A DNA stretch of 64,000 bases from Planctomycetota bacterium (GTDB lineage Bacteria > Planctomycetota > PLA2 > JAEUHO01), in the NCBI GenBank assembly GCA_965222115.1, contig CBDCTJ010000001.1, positions 384,001 to 448,000 of the forward strand, in the 5' to 3' direction. Positions 22,039-31,073 of the stretch are shown here, one piece after another (positions within the stretch are counted from its first letter, which is position 1; the number at the start of each line of letters is the position of its first letter). The position numbers were made by a program, and so were the translations under genes. The notes beneath the pieces were generated by a model that saw only the letters and a list, made by a program, of their open reading frames with translations, had not been told where the DNA came from and made no database searches.

Positions 22039-23579
22039 GTTCCTCCGCAACGTCCATTAAGAAGTTGCTCGTCGCCAATCGCGGTGAGATAGCCCTGCGG
22101 ATCATTCGTGCCGCGCACGAATTGGGTATCCAAACCGTTGCCGTGTTTTCGGACGCAGATCGCACCGCGCTTCACGTGCGTGCGGCCCACGAAGCCATTC
22201 GCATTGGCCCACCGCCACCCGGGGAGTCCTACCTGCACATTGACGGGTTGTTAGAAGCTTGCCAAACCTCAGGTGCCGACGCGGTCCATCCCGGTTATGG
22301 ATTTCTCGCCGAGAACGCGGAGTTCGCAACGCGCGTCGTTGCGGCCGGACTTCGGTTCGTAGGGCCCTCGCCTGCATCGATGAATGCCATGGGCGACAAG
22401 ATTTCCGCACGGCGCACCGTAGCGTCATCCGGCGTTCCCCTGGTTCCCGGCGCCGAACTCAAGGACGCCAGCAATCACAAGGCGCTGGCTGCAATCGCAA
22501 AGGACGTGGGCTACCCGCTACTTGTAAAGGCTTCCGCTGGTGGCGGTGGCAAGGGTATGCGCTTGGTAGAGGATCCAAACGACCTCGTCGAAGCCGTGGC
22601 ACGCGCCTCGGGCGAGGCGCAGACCGCTTTTGGCAATCCCACCGTGTACCTCGAACGATTCATCACCGGTCCACGACACATTGAGATTCAAGTGTTGGCC
22701 GATCGCCATGGCAACACCGTCGCTCTAGGTGAGCGCGAGTGCTCCGTGCAACGTCGCCATCAAAAGGTGATCGAAGAACGCCCGTCGTGTGTGATTACGC
22801 CAGCGTTTCGCACCGCCATGGAAGCCGCCGCTGTCGCAACGGCCAAGAGCTGTGACTACGAGGGTGCGGGAACGGTTGAATTTCTGGTGGGCGATGACGG
22901 ATCGTTCTACTTCCTTGAAATGAACACGCGCATTCAAGTGGAACATCCCATTACCGAACTTTGTTACGGCGTGGACTTGGTGCAAGAGCAGCTGCGAATT
23001 GCCGCCGGGGAGCCATTGTCCTTTGGCAACACGGTGCCTACGCCCCAAGGACATGCCATTGAGGCGAGAGTGTGTGCAGAAGACGCCGATGCGGGTTTCT
23101 TGCCAAGCACAGGCACCCTGGGCCCCATCCAACTTCCCGGCGGGCCGGGCATCCGTTGCGATGGCCACGTCTATGCCGGCCAGGACATCACACTGCATTA
23201 CGACAACCTCCTGATGAAGGTGATCGCGCACGCACCCACGCGCACCATGGCGATTGACCGTCTGCGACGCGCACTTCATGAAACTCGCTTGCCCGGCATC
23301 ACAACGAACTTGCCACTACTCGTGCGCACCTTGGACCATCCCGATTTTCAATCCGGTAACTACGACACGTCCATTCTGGAAGACGATCTCCGCCAACCGC
23401 CTGCCATGGATGCCGTGACGATCATCTCGGCGGCCTTAGCAAAACACCGACGAGTACGCCCACGTGTTGTGCCCACGTCGGGCGCTTTCAAAGGAGTCGC
23501 ATCGCCGTGGTTGCTAGGCAGTCGATTGCGCCAAAGTGGAGGCGGGTGGCGTGGCCGCGGATGGGGAGGTGGCGCATGA
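22035..23579 (+). CDS. accC: Biotin carboxylase subunit of acyl-CoA carboxylase
   Basis: [49 protein letters not shown]; overlaps the pccB stop. Confidence 0.92.
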   Translation: MSSSATSIKKLLVANRGEIALRIIRAAHELGIQTVAVFSDADRTALHVRAAHEAIRIGPPPPGESYLHIDGLLEACQTSGADAVHPGYGFLAENAEFATRVVAAGLRFVGPSPASMNAMGDKISARRTVASSGVPLVPGAELKDASNHKALAAIAKDVGYPLLVKASAGGGGKGMRLVEDPNDLVEAVARASGEAQTAFGNPTVYLERFITGPRHIEIQVLADRHGNTVALGERECSVQRRHQKVIEERPSCVITPAFRTAMEAAAVATAKSCDYEGAGTVEFLVGDDGSFYFLEMNTRIQVEHPITELCYGVDLVQEQLRIAAGEPLSFGNTVPTPQGHAIEARVCAEDADAGFLPSTGTLGPIQLPGGPGIRCDGHVYAGQDITLHYDNLLMKVIAHAPTRTMAIDRLRRALHETRLPGITTNLPLLVRTLDHPDFQSGNYDTSILEDDLRQPPAMDAVTIISAALAKHRRVRPRVVPTSGAFKGVASPWLLGSRLRQSGGGWRGRGWGGGA

Positions 23580-24118
23580 CGTCTCCCGCACCGCGACCCA
23601 GCACGTATTACGTCACGTCCGGCGACAAAGAACACGTCGTGCGTATCACGTCGCACGGCAGTTCGCTGCTTGTCGAGCTCGATGGCACCACCCATCGCGT
23701 CCATCTCACCGAGACCGAGGATGGCGAACTGCTCAATGCGCTTATCGGTACACAGAGTGTCACATTTTCTGCGCGCTTTGAGAATGGCGACGCGGTGCTC
23801 GGGTTTCATGATCGTGAAGTGCGCCTCCACGTGGAGAACGAACGCGAACACTTGACGCGTCAGATGACCGGCGGGGGCGCGGCGGCGCACGGCCCGGCCG
23901 AGATCAAGAGTGTGATGCCCGGCGTGGTCAAAGAACTGCGCGTCGCCGTCGGCGATGCGGTCGTGCGCGACCATCCGCTGCTCATTCTCGAAGCGATGAA
24001 GATGGAAAATGAGATTCGGGCGCCATCGGCCGGCGTCGTCGCGGCGATTCTGGTTGCTGAGGGGGAAGCGGTTGAAAAGGGCGCACCGCTTGTGCGAATC
24101 GAGCCAGAGGCCTCTTAA
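23576..24118 (+). CDS. Biotin carboxyl carrier protein
   Basis: EAMKMENEI biotinylation motif; ATGA overlap with the upstream gene. Confidence 0.92.
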   Translation: MTSPAPRPSTYYVTSGDKEHVVRITSHGSSLLVELDGTTHRVHLTETEDGELLNALIGTQSVTFSARFENGDAVLGFHDREVRLHVENEREHLTRQMTGGGAAAHGPAEIKSVMPGVVKELRVAVGDAVVRDHPLLILEAMKMENEIRAPSAGVVAAILVAEGEAVEKGAPLVRIEPEAS

Positions 24119-24213
24119 ACTCGCGAATGAGCGATGGACTCGCCAACAAGTCGATAGCCCAGCCGTAAGATAGAAACCACGAGGCAAGCACAACAAGCGC
24201 ATCGGGAGGCGTC

Positions 24214-25137
24214 ATGTCCAAGCTCAACCTATTCCTCGCGTTGGCCGCACTCGGATTGGCGGGCTACGTAGCCGTAGGTTCCTCATCCTCTAACGATTCG
24301 AGTTCAGAGGATCTTCAAGCGCGGCTGTCAAGCCTCGAGGCCTCGGTTGCATCCGTCGAAACGCAGCTCAAGGCCATGAATCGACGGGATCACAACGATC
24401 CACTCACCGCAATGCGCGATGATTCAGCCGCTGGAGCGCGCACATCGAACGGCCCGACGTCAAACGGCCCAACCCTGAGTGGCACGCCCAAGAGCGATAC
24501 GAGCACCACCGATGCGGCGTCTTCGCCCGAGAGCGACATGAAGGAGGAGTTGGCGCGCGTCAAAGAAGAACTCGCCAAACTCAAGAAGAATGGTGGTTTG
24601 TCGCTCCCAAAGATCCTGTCGAGCGCAACGTCGAACGGATTCTTTCGAAACACCAACGATCTTGCGACCAAGCTAGAATTGGATGACGGACAGAAGGCCG
24701 ACATCGAGGACATTTTGGCCGAAGCCAAGGAAGATTTGGATGAGTTGATGGACGAGCCCAACGAAGACGGCGACACCATGCGTAGCGTTCGCGAAGAGTT
24801 TAGTACGGCGATGAAAGATATGATGGCCAAGCGCACCGGGGGGAGCGGGACTATGACAACGTTCAACTCGTCGGATTTTCAAAAGCACTTCCAACGCATG
24901 TCATCTTTTAAGGACTCGCGCCTCCCCAGTCACAACAAGACCTATCGTGAGGCAGCCAACGAGATCCGCAATCGGGCTTTTGGACGCGTCGGAAGCACGA
25001 TGACCGACGACCAGCGACGTAAGTGGGATAGTGGCCACAAGCACGGGCTCCTCCCCGGCAGTGGCGGGATGTCCACGACGGTTACCGTCGGAACACCCTC
25101 GATATTCGTGGAATCCACTGAGTCCGACAGCAAGTAA
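24214..25137 (+). CDS. Hypothetical membrane-anchored coiled-coil/helical protein
   Basis: GGAGG RBS, N-terminal hydrophobic helix, coiled coil and helical C-domain; resembles 62987..63796. Confidence 0.7.
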   Translation: MSKLNLFLALAALGLAGYVAVGSSSSNDSSSEDLQARLSSLEASVASVETQLKAMNRRDHNDPLTAMRDDSAAGARTSNGPTSNGPTLSGTPKSDTSTTDAASSPESDMKEELARVKEELAKLKKNGGLSLPKILSSATSNGFFRNTNDLATKLELDDGQKADIEDILAEAKEDLDELMDEPNEDGDTMRSVREEFSTAMKDMMAKRTGGSGTMTTFNSSDFQKHFQRMSSFKDSRLPSHNKTYREAANEIRNRAFGRVGSTMTDDQRRKWDSGHKHGLLPGSGGMSTTVTVGTPSIFVESTESDSK

Positions 25138-25161
25138 TCTCGCGCAGTCACGCGCCCCGAG

Positions 25162-26241
25162 CTAAACGCGCAACAGCAACTTCCGCGCGGCGCGTGAGCG
25201 CTCCGGTCCCAGCGTCAACGGAATGCATGTAACGGCGTCCGCCACATCGTCTTTGCTCGCACCGAGCCGCACCGCCGCGCGCATATGACCGAGCAGCGGC
25301 GCTTCCAACGAACCAAGGGAGCCCAAAACCGACACCGCCAAGAGCTCGCGCTCGACCAATGAAAGTCCCCCTTCACGAGCCAAAACGCGCCCGTAGGCGT
25401 CCTCCAAGATCCATGCGGGAAGTGTGGGATGAAGCGTGCGGATCGTTTCAAGAATCGCGTCCGCACGATCGCCGTACACCCTCTCAAACACGCCTCGGCC
25501 TTGTTCCGCCCGTTCGCCGCGCGCGACATCGCCAATCGCTTGAGATGCGACATGCGAATCGACCGATCGCAACACCGTGAATGCCGCCAATGTGCGAGGC
25601 ACACCCGCGTACGGCACGAGTTGCAATAGCGTTTCCTCCAAGCGAGCGGCGCCGCACCCCGATGCACGTGCGTGTTGCATCGCTACGCGGAGTTCGTCCA
25701 GCAGACCCGTGGCGGCGAGGGCCGCAATTCGAAGCAGGTAGAAGAGCTTAGAACGTAGCGTGGAGCTGGCATCTTCTGACCACGTAACCGTGTCGTACGT
25801 GATCGTGCGATCGGTTATCCATCGACAAAGTGCGGCGTGATACGGAGCATCCAAGTAGCGCGGGACGTCGGCGAGCGCTACCCAACAAACCTCGTCAATG
25901 CCCTCGCCCGCCTCGGGTTCTGCCGAGTCATTCACATCCACCCGGAACGTAAAGGCGCGCCACGCATACAACGTCGACTCGCCTCGTGTGCGACGACCGT
26001 CTACGGTGAGGCAAAGCTGTTGCGGCACGACTTCGAGCCGCGTCTCTTCCTTCCACTCACGCACGAGCGCATCGACGAGTGACTCGCCCGGATGCAAGCG
26101 CCCTCCGGGCAAGTCCCAACGTGAGGCCAAGTCGTCGCCTTCGAGGCGGTCATTTCGAACCAGCAACACGCGTCCGTCGCACTCCAACCACCCGAGCACT
26201 GCGTCAAAGGAGGCCAAGGCCGACGTAGAGGGCGCGTTCAT
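25162..26241 (-). CDS. NUDIX hydrolase fused to tandem carboxymuconolactone decarboxylase (CMD/AhpD-like) domains
   Basis: Nudix box GRLHPGESLVDALVREWKEET; CMD motifs LLQLVPYAGVPR and AYGRVLAR..LSLVERELL..GHMRAAVRLG. Confidence 0.8.
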   Translation of the reverse strand: MNAPSTSALASFDAVLGWLECDGRVLLVRNDRLEGDDLASRWDLPGGRLHPGESLVDALVREWKEETRLEVVPQQLCLTVDGRRTRGESTLYAWRAFTFRVDVNDSAEPEAGEGIDEVCWVALADVPRYLDAPYHAALCRWITDRTITYDTVTWSEDASSTLRSKLFYLLRIAALAATGLLDELRVAMQHARASGCGAARLEETLLQLVPYAGVPRTLAAFTVLRSVDSHVASQAIGDVARGERAEQGRGVFERVYGDRADAILETIRTLHPTLPAWILEDAYGRVLAREGGLSLVERELLAVSVLGSLGSLEAPLLGHMRAAVRLGASKDDVADAVTCIPLTLGPERSRAARKLLLRV

Positions 26242-26430
26242 GTTTGCGTTTTAGCAGGAATTCGCGCGAACCGCGGACGATTGGACATTCGCGGACAAGC
26301 GAACACTCAAGCAAAGGGACGGATGCGGACGATAGGCGTAGCGAAATCCCCGTCGTTTCGAAGCGCGTGCGGTACCGGTGCCGCTACGCCTCGCCGACTT
26401 GCCTAGCCTACCGGTGAAAGTCGACTCCAC

Positions 26431-28953
26431 ATGTCCAAGGGACTCTCCCTCGAATTGCTGGTTTCGCGCACGGTCGTGGTCGTCGCGGTGGGATTTCTCG
26501 TCGCGTATGTCGGCGGCGACATTCGTGAACAGCCCGTTGCGATGGGGTTGGTTGGGCTCCTGGCTATTCTGTATCTGGCCGGGACGTTGTGGACGGTCGT
26601 CACCGATTCATCCACCGCCTTTCACGTGTGCCTGACGATCTGTGACTGGCTGTGCGTGACGGGGCTATTTTGCCTTTTGCTGCCCGCGTTTTCAAACGTG
26701 CTCGACACCCGCATCCCTTTTTTGGCGGCACTGCTGATTGCGTCGTCCATTTCGTTGGTGGGCGGACGATTGGTTGCGGGCGCACTAGGTTCCTTAAGTG
26801 CTGCGATGGTCCTCGTGCTCTCGTGGGCCTTGCTTCCCGTATCACGTGACTCGATGCAAGGTGAACTCTTCGCGGTCCAAGTTGCGGCCATCACCGGTCT
26901 CGCATTTCAAATCGTGTTTGTGGGTCGCCACCTCATCGGCCACCGCGCGGAACTGGATCTCGCTCAACGCGTCGCACAACAACTCCGGGCACGCGAACGC
27001 GAGGCGGCCCACGTCGTCGCCTTGCGCGAACGCCTCTTTGCCTGCGCGCAAGTGGACGATGTCGTAACAACCCTGGTCGATCACCTCTGCCAGAACTTCT
27101 CAGCGCGGGCCGCTGGTGCTGTATTGCTTGCCGAAAACAAGGACGCGGGATGCTGGAGTGAGCGTGCACAGTTCGGCGGCACAACGACGGATGATCGCCG
27201 GGCCACCATGGCGGAGTTACTAACCCGCGAGGGCATCCCCTTCGATGTGCAGGCGCTTGACTGCAAGGAAATTCCCGGCGCGCGCACGCTGGCGGTTCGC
27301 AAGCTACGTACACGCATCTCCGTGCCGGTGCAGCTGGACGGACGCACCGACGGGTTGATCGTGTTAGCCGATGGACGTCGGGATGCATTAGGCGCCGATG
27401 ACATCGCCGCGCTGTCACAAGTTGCTCAGGCGGTTTCGGAATCGCTTGGGCGTATGCGCCGCGCATCGGGCAAGCAGAAGCGCCAGATGGCGTTGTTGCT
27501 GCAAGAGATGCCCGAGGGTGTGCTTTTGCTTGGACGGCGCGGTGAAGTACTCATGGCCAACCCCGTTGCCCGGCGCGCGCTTCAAGCGTCGGCGCTTGCG
27601 CGGCAAGCTACCGACAAACCCGCGCTGGGCGATGTCGAACTCGACGAGTTAGCCTGTGCACCGGAGGGCAGCGAACGTCGTTTTCGCGCCTGGGTGCCCC
27701 GCGCCGGTGCGGCCAAGCCCGCACAACTCAGTTGCACGGCCTCGGTCATATCCGACGGGAACGAGCATGTGGGAACGTTGGTCACGATCGTGGACGTGAC
27801 CGACGAGATTGAAGCGCGTCAGCGATTGATGGATGCGGAACGCAAGACCGTTGTGGGTCAAACGCTCGCAGGCGTGGCCCACGAGCTCAACAACCCCCTT
27901 GCCGTATTGATGGGTTACGCCGACATCTTGGGCAAATCCGACGTGCCAGCCAACATCGACGTTCCCATCTCACGTATGCGCGAGCAAGCCCTCCGGGCAA
28001 CGCGCATCGTGCGAAACCTGCTCAACTTCGCGCGTCGGCAGAAGTCGGCAACCGTCGCCCATATTGGCCTGACAAAGCTCATTGAAGACACGATGGAGCT
28101 GTTGCGCTACGAAGCACGAGCCTGCAACGTCCGCATGAACATAACCCTGCCGGAGAATCTTCCGCCGATTCGCGGTGAAAAGTATGCACTCCAGCAAATT
28201 CTCGTCAACCTCGTCCAAAACGCGCTGCAGGCCATGAAGGAAACGACACCCCCCACCGGAGGCCACCGGTTGGACGTAGACGTCTCTCACGACGAAGAAA
28301 CTGTGTCGGTCCAAGTACGCGACACAGGACCGGGCGTGCCGCGTAACAACCGCGAAACCATCTTTGAGGCGTTCTTTACCACGAAGGGTGCGCGCAACGG
28401 GACGGGGCTTGGCTTGGCACTGTCGCGCTCCATCGCGAGGGAACACGAAGGCGATCTGGTGCTGCTCGACTCGAAAACGGGGCGAGGATCGACCTTCCTC
28501 CTCACCGTGCCGGTTAGTACCGATTCGATCGAGGTGATCGAATCCTCGGATGCGCGCGAAGTACGCACGGATCTCGCTCTGAAGGTCCTGGTGGTCGATG
28601 ACGAGGCCGCCGTCCGCGAAGCCCTGCACGCGCAGCTTCGAAGCATGGGCGCGAGTGTGTCGATTGCCGCGGCTTCGGAGGAGGCACTCAAGCGCATCGA
28701 ACAAGAGCAGTTTGACGTGGTGCTAACGGACGTGCGCATGCCCAATGGATCGGGCCTCGATCTTCATCGTCGCATCGCCAAGTCACACGCCGAACTCGCG
28801 TCGCGCGTCGTGTTCATGACCGGTGACTTCGCCAACGAAGACTTGCTGGCCGACATCGAAACGCGCGGCAATCGACTCTTAGAAAAGCCGTTCACTTCCG
28901 ACGAGTTGTCAAGCACGCTCCGCGCCGTGGCCCAAAGCGCCAGCGCGAGTTGA
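26431..28953 (+). CDS. Hybrid sensor histidine kinase (TM-GAF-PAS-HisKA-HATPase-REC)
   Basis: About 6 TM helices; AHELNNPL, NLVQNA, DTGPG, GTGLGL; receiver motifs VVDDE, TDVRMP, EKP. Confidence 0.92.
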   Translation: MSKGLSLELLVSRTVVVVAVGFLVAYVGGDIREQPVAMGLVGLLAILYLAGTLWTVVTDSSTAFHVCLTICDWLCVTGLFCLLLPAFSNVLDTRIPFLAALLIASSISLVGGRLVAGALGSLSAAMVLVLSWALLPVSRDSMQGELFAVQVAAITGLAFQIVFVGRHLIGHRAELDLAQRVAQQLRAREREAAHVVALRERLFACAQVDDVVTTLVDHLCQNFSARAAGAVLLAENKDAGCWSERAQFGGTTTDDRRATMAELLTREGIPFDVQALDCKEIPGARTLAVRKLRTRISVPVQLDGRTDGLIVLADGRRDALGADDIAALSQVAQAVSESLGRMRRASGKQKRQMALLLQEMPEGVLLLGRRGEVLMANPVARRALQASALARQATDKPALGDVELDELACAPEGSERRFRAWVPRAGAAKPAQLSCTASVISDGNEHVGTLVTIVDVTDEIEARQRLMDAERKTVVGQTLAGVAHELNNPLAVLMGYADILGKSDVPANIDVPISRMREQALRATRIVRNLLNFARRQKSATVAHIGLTKLIEDTMELLRYEARACNVRMNITLPENLPPIRGEKYALQQILVNLVQNALQAMKETTPPTGGHRLDVDVSHDEETVSVQVRDTGPGVPRNNRETIFEAFFTTKGARNGTGLGLALSRSIAREHEGDLVLLDSKTGRGSTFLLTVPVSTDSIEVIESSDAREVRTDLALKVLVVDDEAAVREALHAQLRSMGASVSIAAASEEALKRIEQEQFDVVLTDVRMPNGSGLDLHRRIAKSHAELASRVVFMTGDFANEDLLADIETRGNRLLEKPFTSDELSSTLRAVAQSASAS

Positions 28954-28956
28954 TTT

Positions 28957-29136
28957 CTAGAGGTGGTTGCATAAGGGTCCGTTGCGAGTGTGCAGAGACC
29001 GCAGCGAGAGACGATGGACGAAGAAATTGGACCGCAGGCGTGGTCTGTTCACGTCGAGGAGCCAATTTCGAACGGACGCGGCTCGCAGCAAGAGGATCTG
29101 TGCACGTAGCAGGTCCACTTATGAAACCACCTCTAG
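28957..29136. mobile_element. MITE-like non-autonomous fold-back element
   Basis: Terminal inverted repeats CTAGAGGTGGTTGCATAAG / CTTATGAAACCACCTCTAG (18 of 19 match), CTAG at both ends, nested internal inverted repeats, and an intergenic position between convergent genes. Confidence 0.75.
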
Positions 29137-29144
29137 TCCGTGGG

Positions 29145-29804
29145 TTATGGCGCGAGTCGATCGATGGCCCATTCGCCATTTGCGTCACGTTGATAGCGGA
29201 ATCGGTCGTGCAAGCGATTCTTGCGGCCCTGCCAAAACTCCAACCGGGTGGGTGCCACGACATAGCCACCCCACGCAGGCATTAGGGGCACATCTCTGCC
29301 CTCAAATCGCATTTCGGCTTCGCGCCACGCACGGTCCAATGTGTCTCGATCGGGCACCACATCACTCTGCGCCGACGCCCAGGTACTGAGTTGACTGTCG
29401 CGCGGCCGCGAACGGTGATAGGCCTCGGCCTGCGCGCCCGACACGCGCGTTGCTCTTCCCTGAACGCGCACTTGGCGCTCCATCCATGGCCAATACACGT
29501 GCAGCGAAACGCGATCACTACGGTTGATCTCGCGCGCCTTGGCGCTCTCGCAATTCGTGTAGAAGACAAATCCCTCGGGTCCGAATGTCTTTAGCAAGAC
29601 GGAGCGACTTGACGGTGCTCCCTCTGCATCCACAGTCGAAAGCGTAAACACGTGCGTCTCATGACTCGCTAGCGCCTCAGTCTGCTGGCGCACCGATTCA
29701 CTGTTTTCAAACCACGCTGCAAACTGAACCATGGGGTCACCGTGGAGTTCACTGCGGCGCAGCACGCCTTGTTCATAACTACGTCGGACGTCATGCAAAT
29801 CCAT
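29145..29804 (-). CDS. pdxH: Pyridoxine/pyridoxamine 5'-phosphate oxidase
   Basis: RSVLLK, FYTN..SAK, RQVRVQG, EFWQGRKNRLHDR, RLAP. Confidence 0.95.
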   Translation of the reverse strand: MDLHDVRRSYEQGVLRRSELHGDPMVQFAAWFENSESVRQQTEALASHETHVFTLSTVDAEGAPSSRSVLLKTFGPEGFVFYTNCESAKAREINRSDRVSLHVYWPWMERQVRVQGRATRVSGAQAEAYHRSRPRDSQLSTWASAQSDVVPDRDTLDRAWREAEMRFEGRDVPLMPAWGGYVVAPTRLEFWQGRKNRLHDRFRYQRDANGEWAIDRLAP

Positions 29805-29811
29805 GCAGACA

Positions 29812-31053
29812 TCATAGTGCGCTGTTTGCTTCGGAGACCCGAAGGACCGTGCGAACCCGTACGAGTCCCCAGATTCCCGTAAGCGTGGCAAACACACCGG
29901 CAATGCCAAAGAGCGCTGTAGCGGGCATCCACTCGGCCAGTACGCCCACCAACAAGGCGGAGAGTGCGGTCATGCCCTGCACCGTCACGGTGAGTAGCGC
30001 AAACACGCGACCGCGTTGTCGCGAGGGAACGGCTCGTTGCGCAATCGTCGTGCGCGACACCACGATGGCGGGGATGAACAACCCGTGCAGCGCAATCGCC
30101 ACCAACGCCCAGGGATAGGACTTAATCCACACCAGAGGCAAATAGGTGAGCCCATCGATGACGAGAGCCACCAACAGGACCGTGCCGGGACCCAATGTTG
30201 AAGATCGACGTGTGAGCCACAAGGCACCCACAAGCATGCCGCCTGCCATGGCGCACTCAAACCACGCCAAATGCGCCACATCGAGCCCATAGACGTGCTT
30301 TATGAGGAGGGGCGGACCCACGAGCGCCGGACCCATGAGAAACAAGTTGTTGAGCGCGGTGAGAATCATCAATGCCCTCACCGTCTTGTTTCGGCGCGCC
30401 AGTCGAAACCCCTCGCGTGTGTCGTCAAGGTAGCTAGAGCGACTCGCAACAACGTCGCAGTCGCGGGGCACTCGCAGGGCCAACAACAGCGCCGCCGAAA
30501 GAACAAAGGTCAGTCCATCCAGTTGAATGACCCAAGCGGCCGCATTGGATCGGTCATTCGTGGAGGCGTGCGCCAGCATCCACCCGCCCACGCCAAGGCC
30601 AACAAACATGGCCAAATGCGCCGATGTCTGCACCATCGCGTTCCACCGTGCGGTCTTGCGCTCGTCGCGCGCAAGCACGGGAATCAACGCGTCGCGCGCC
30701 GGATTGAACGGTACCGAGAACACGCCCACGGCAAATACAATGGCTACCAACAACTCAAGTGAAAGCCCACCGCCCCACGCAACCCATGCGGGCAGCAACA
30801 AGAGCAGCGCGGCACGAGCGACGTCGCTCACGACCATCACCGTGCGACGAGGATGGCGATCGACAAGTGCCCCCGCCCACGGCCCAAAGAGCAAGTAGGG
30901 CACGGCGGCCACGAATACAACCAAGCCCACTGAAAAGTTGCGACCGGATACTTCCGTAGCCAACCACGCCGCGCACGGCACGAATACCGCGTTGCCCATC
31001 TCGGAGATGAACTGTGCCATCCACAGCAGCGTGAGATTCTTATCCCGCATCAC
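29812..31053 (-). CDS. MFS transporter (DHA3/macrolide-efflux-like)
   Basis: About 12 hydrophobic segments; motif A GALVDRHPRR; VP...RGRV. Confidence 0.88.
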   Translation of the reverse strand: MMRDKNLTLLWMAQFISEMGNAVFVPCAAWLATEVSGRNFSVGLVVFVAAVPYLLFGPWAGALVDRHPRRTVMVVSDVARAALLLLLPAWVAWGGGLSLELLVAIVFAVGVFSVPFNPARDALIPVLARDERKTARWNAMVQTSAHLAMFVGLGVGGWMLAHASTNDRSNAAAWVIQLDGLTFVLSAALLLALRVPRDCDVVASRSSYLDDTREGFRLARRNKTVRALMILTALNNLFLMGPALVGPPLLIKHVYGLDVAHLAWFECAMAGGMLVGALWLTRRSSTLGPGTVLLVALVIDGLTYLPLVWIKSYPWALVAIALHGLFIPAIVVSRTTIAQRAVPSRQRGRVFALLTVTVQGMTALSALLVGVLAEWMPATALFGIAGVFATLTGIWGLVRVRTVLRVSEANSAL

Positions 31054-31073
31054 GTATGGGTCCGACTACGACG

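Noticed and set aside
20004-24118. Split biotin carboxylase / BCCP carboxylase operon as a novel carbon-fixation module
   Set aside because: mce-pccB-accC-BCCP is a standard propionyl-CoA assimilation arrangement; no autotrophy markers are present in the window.
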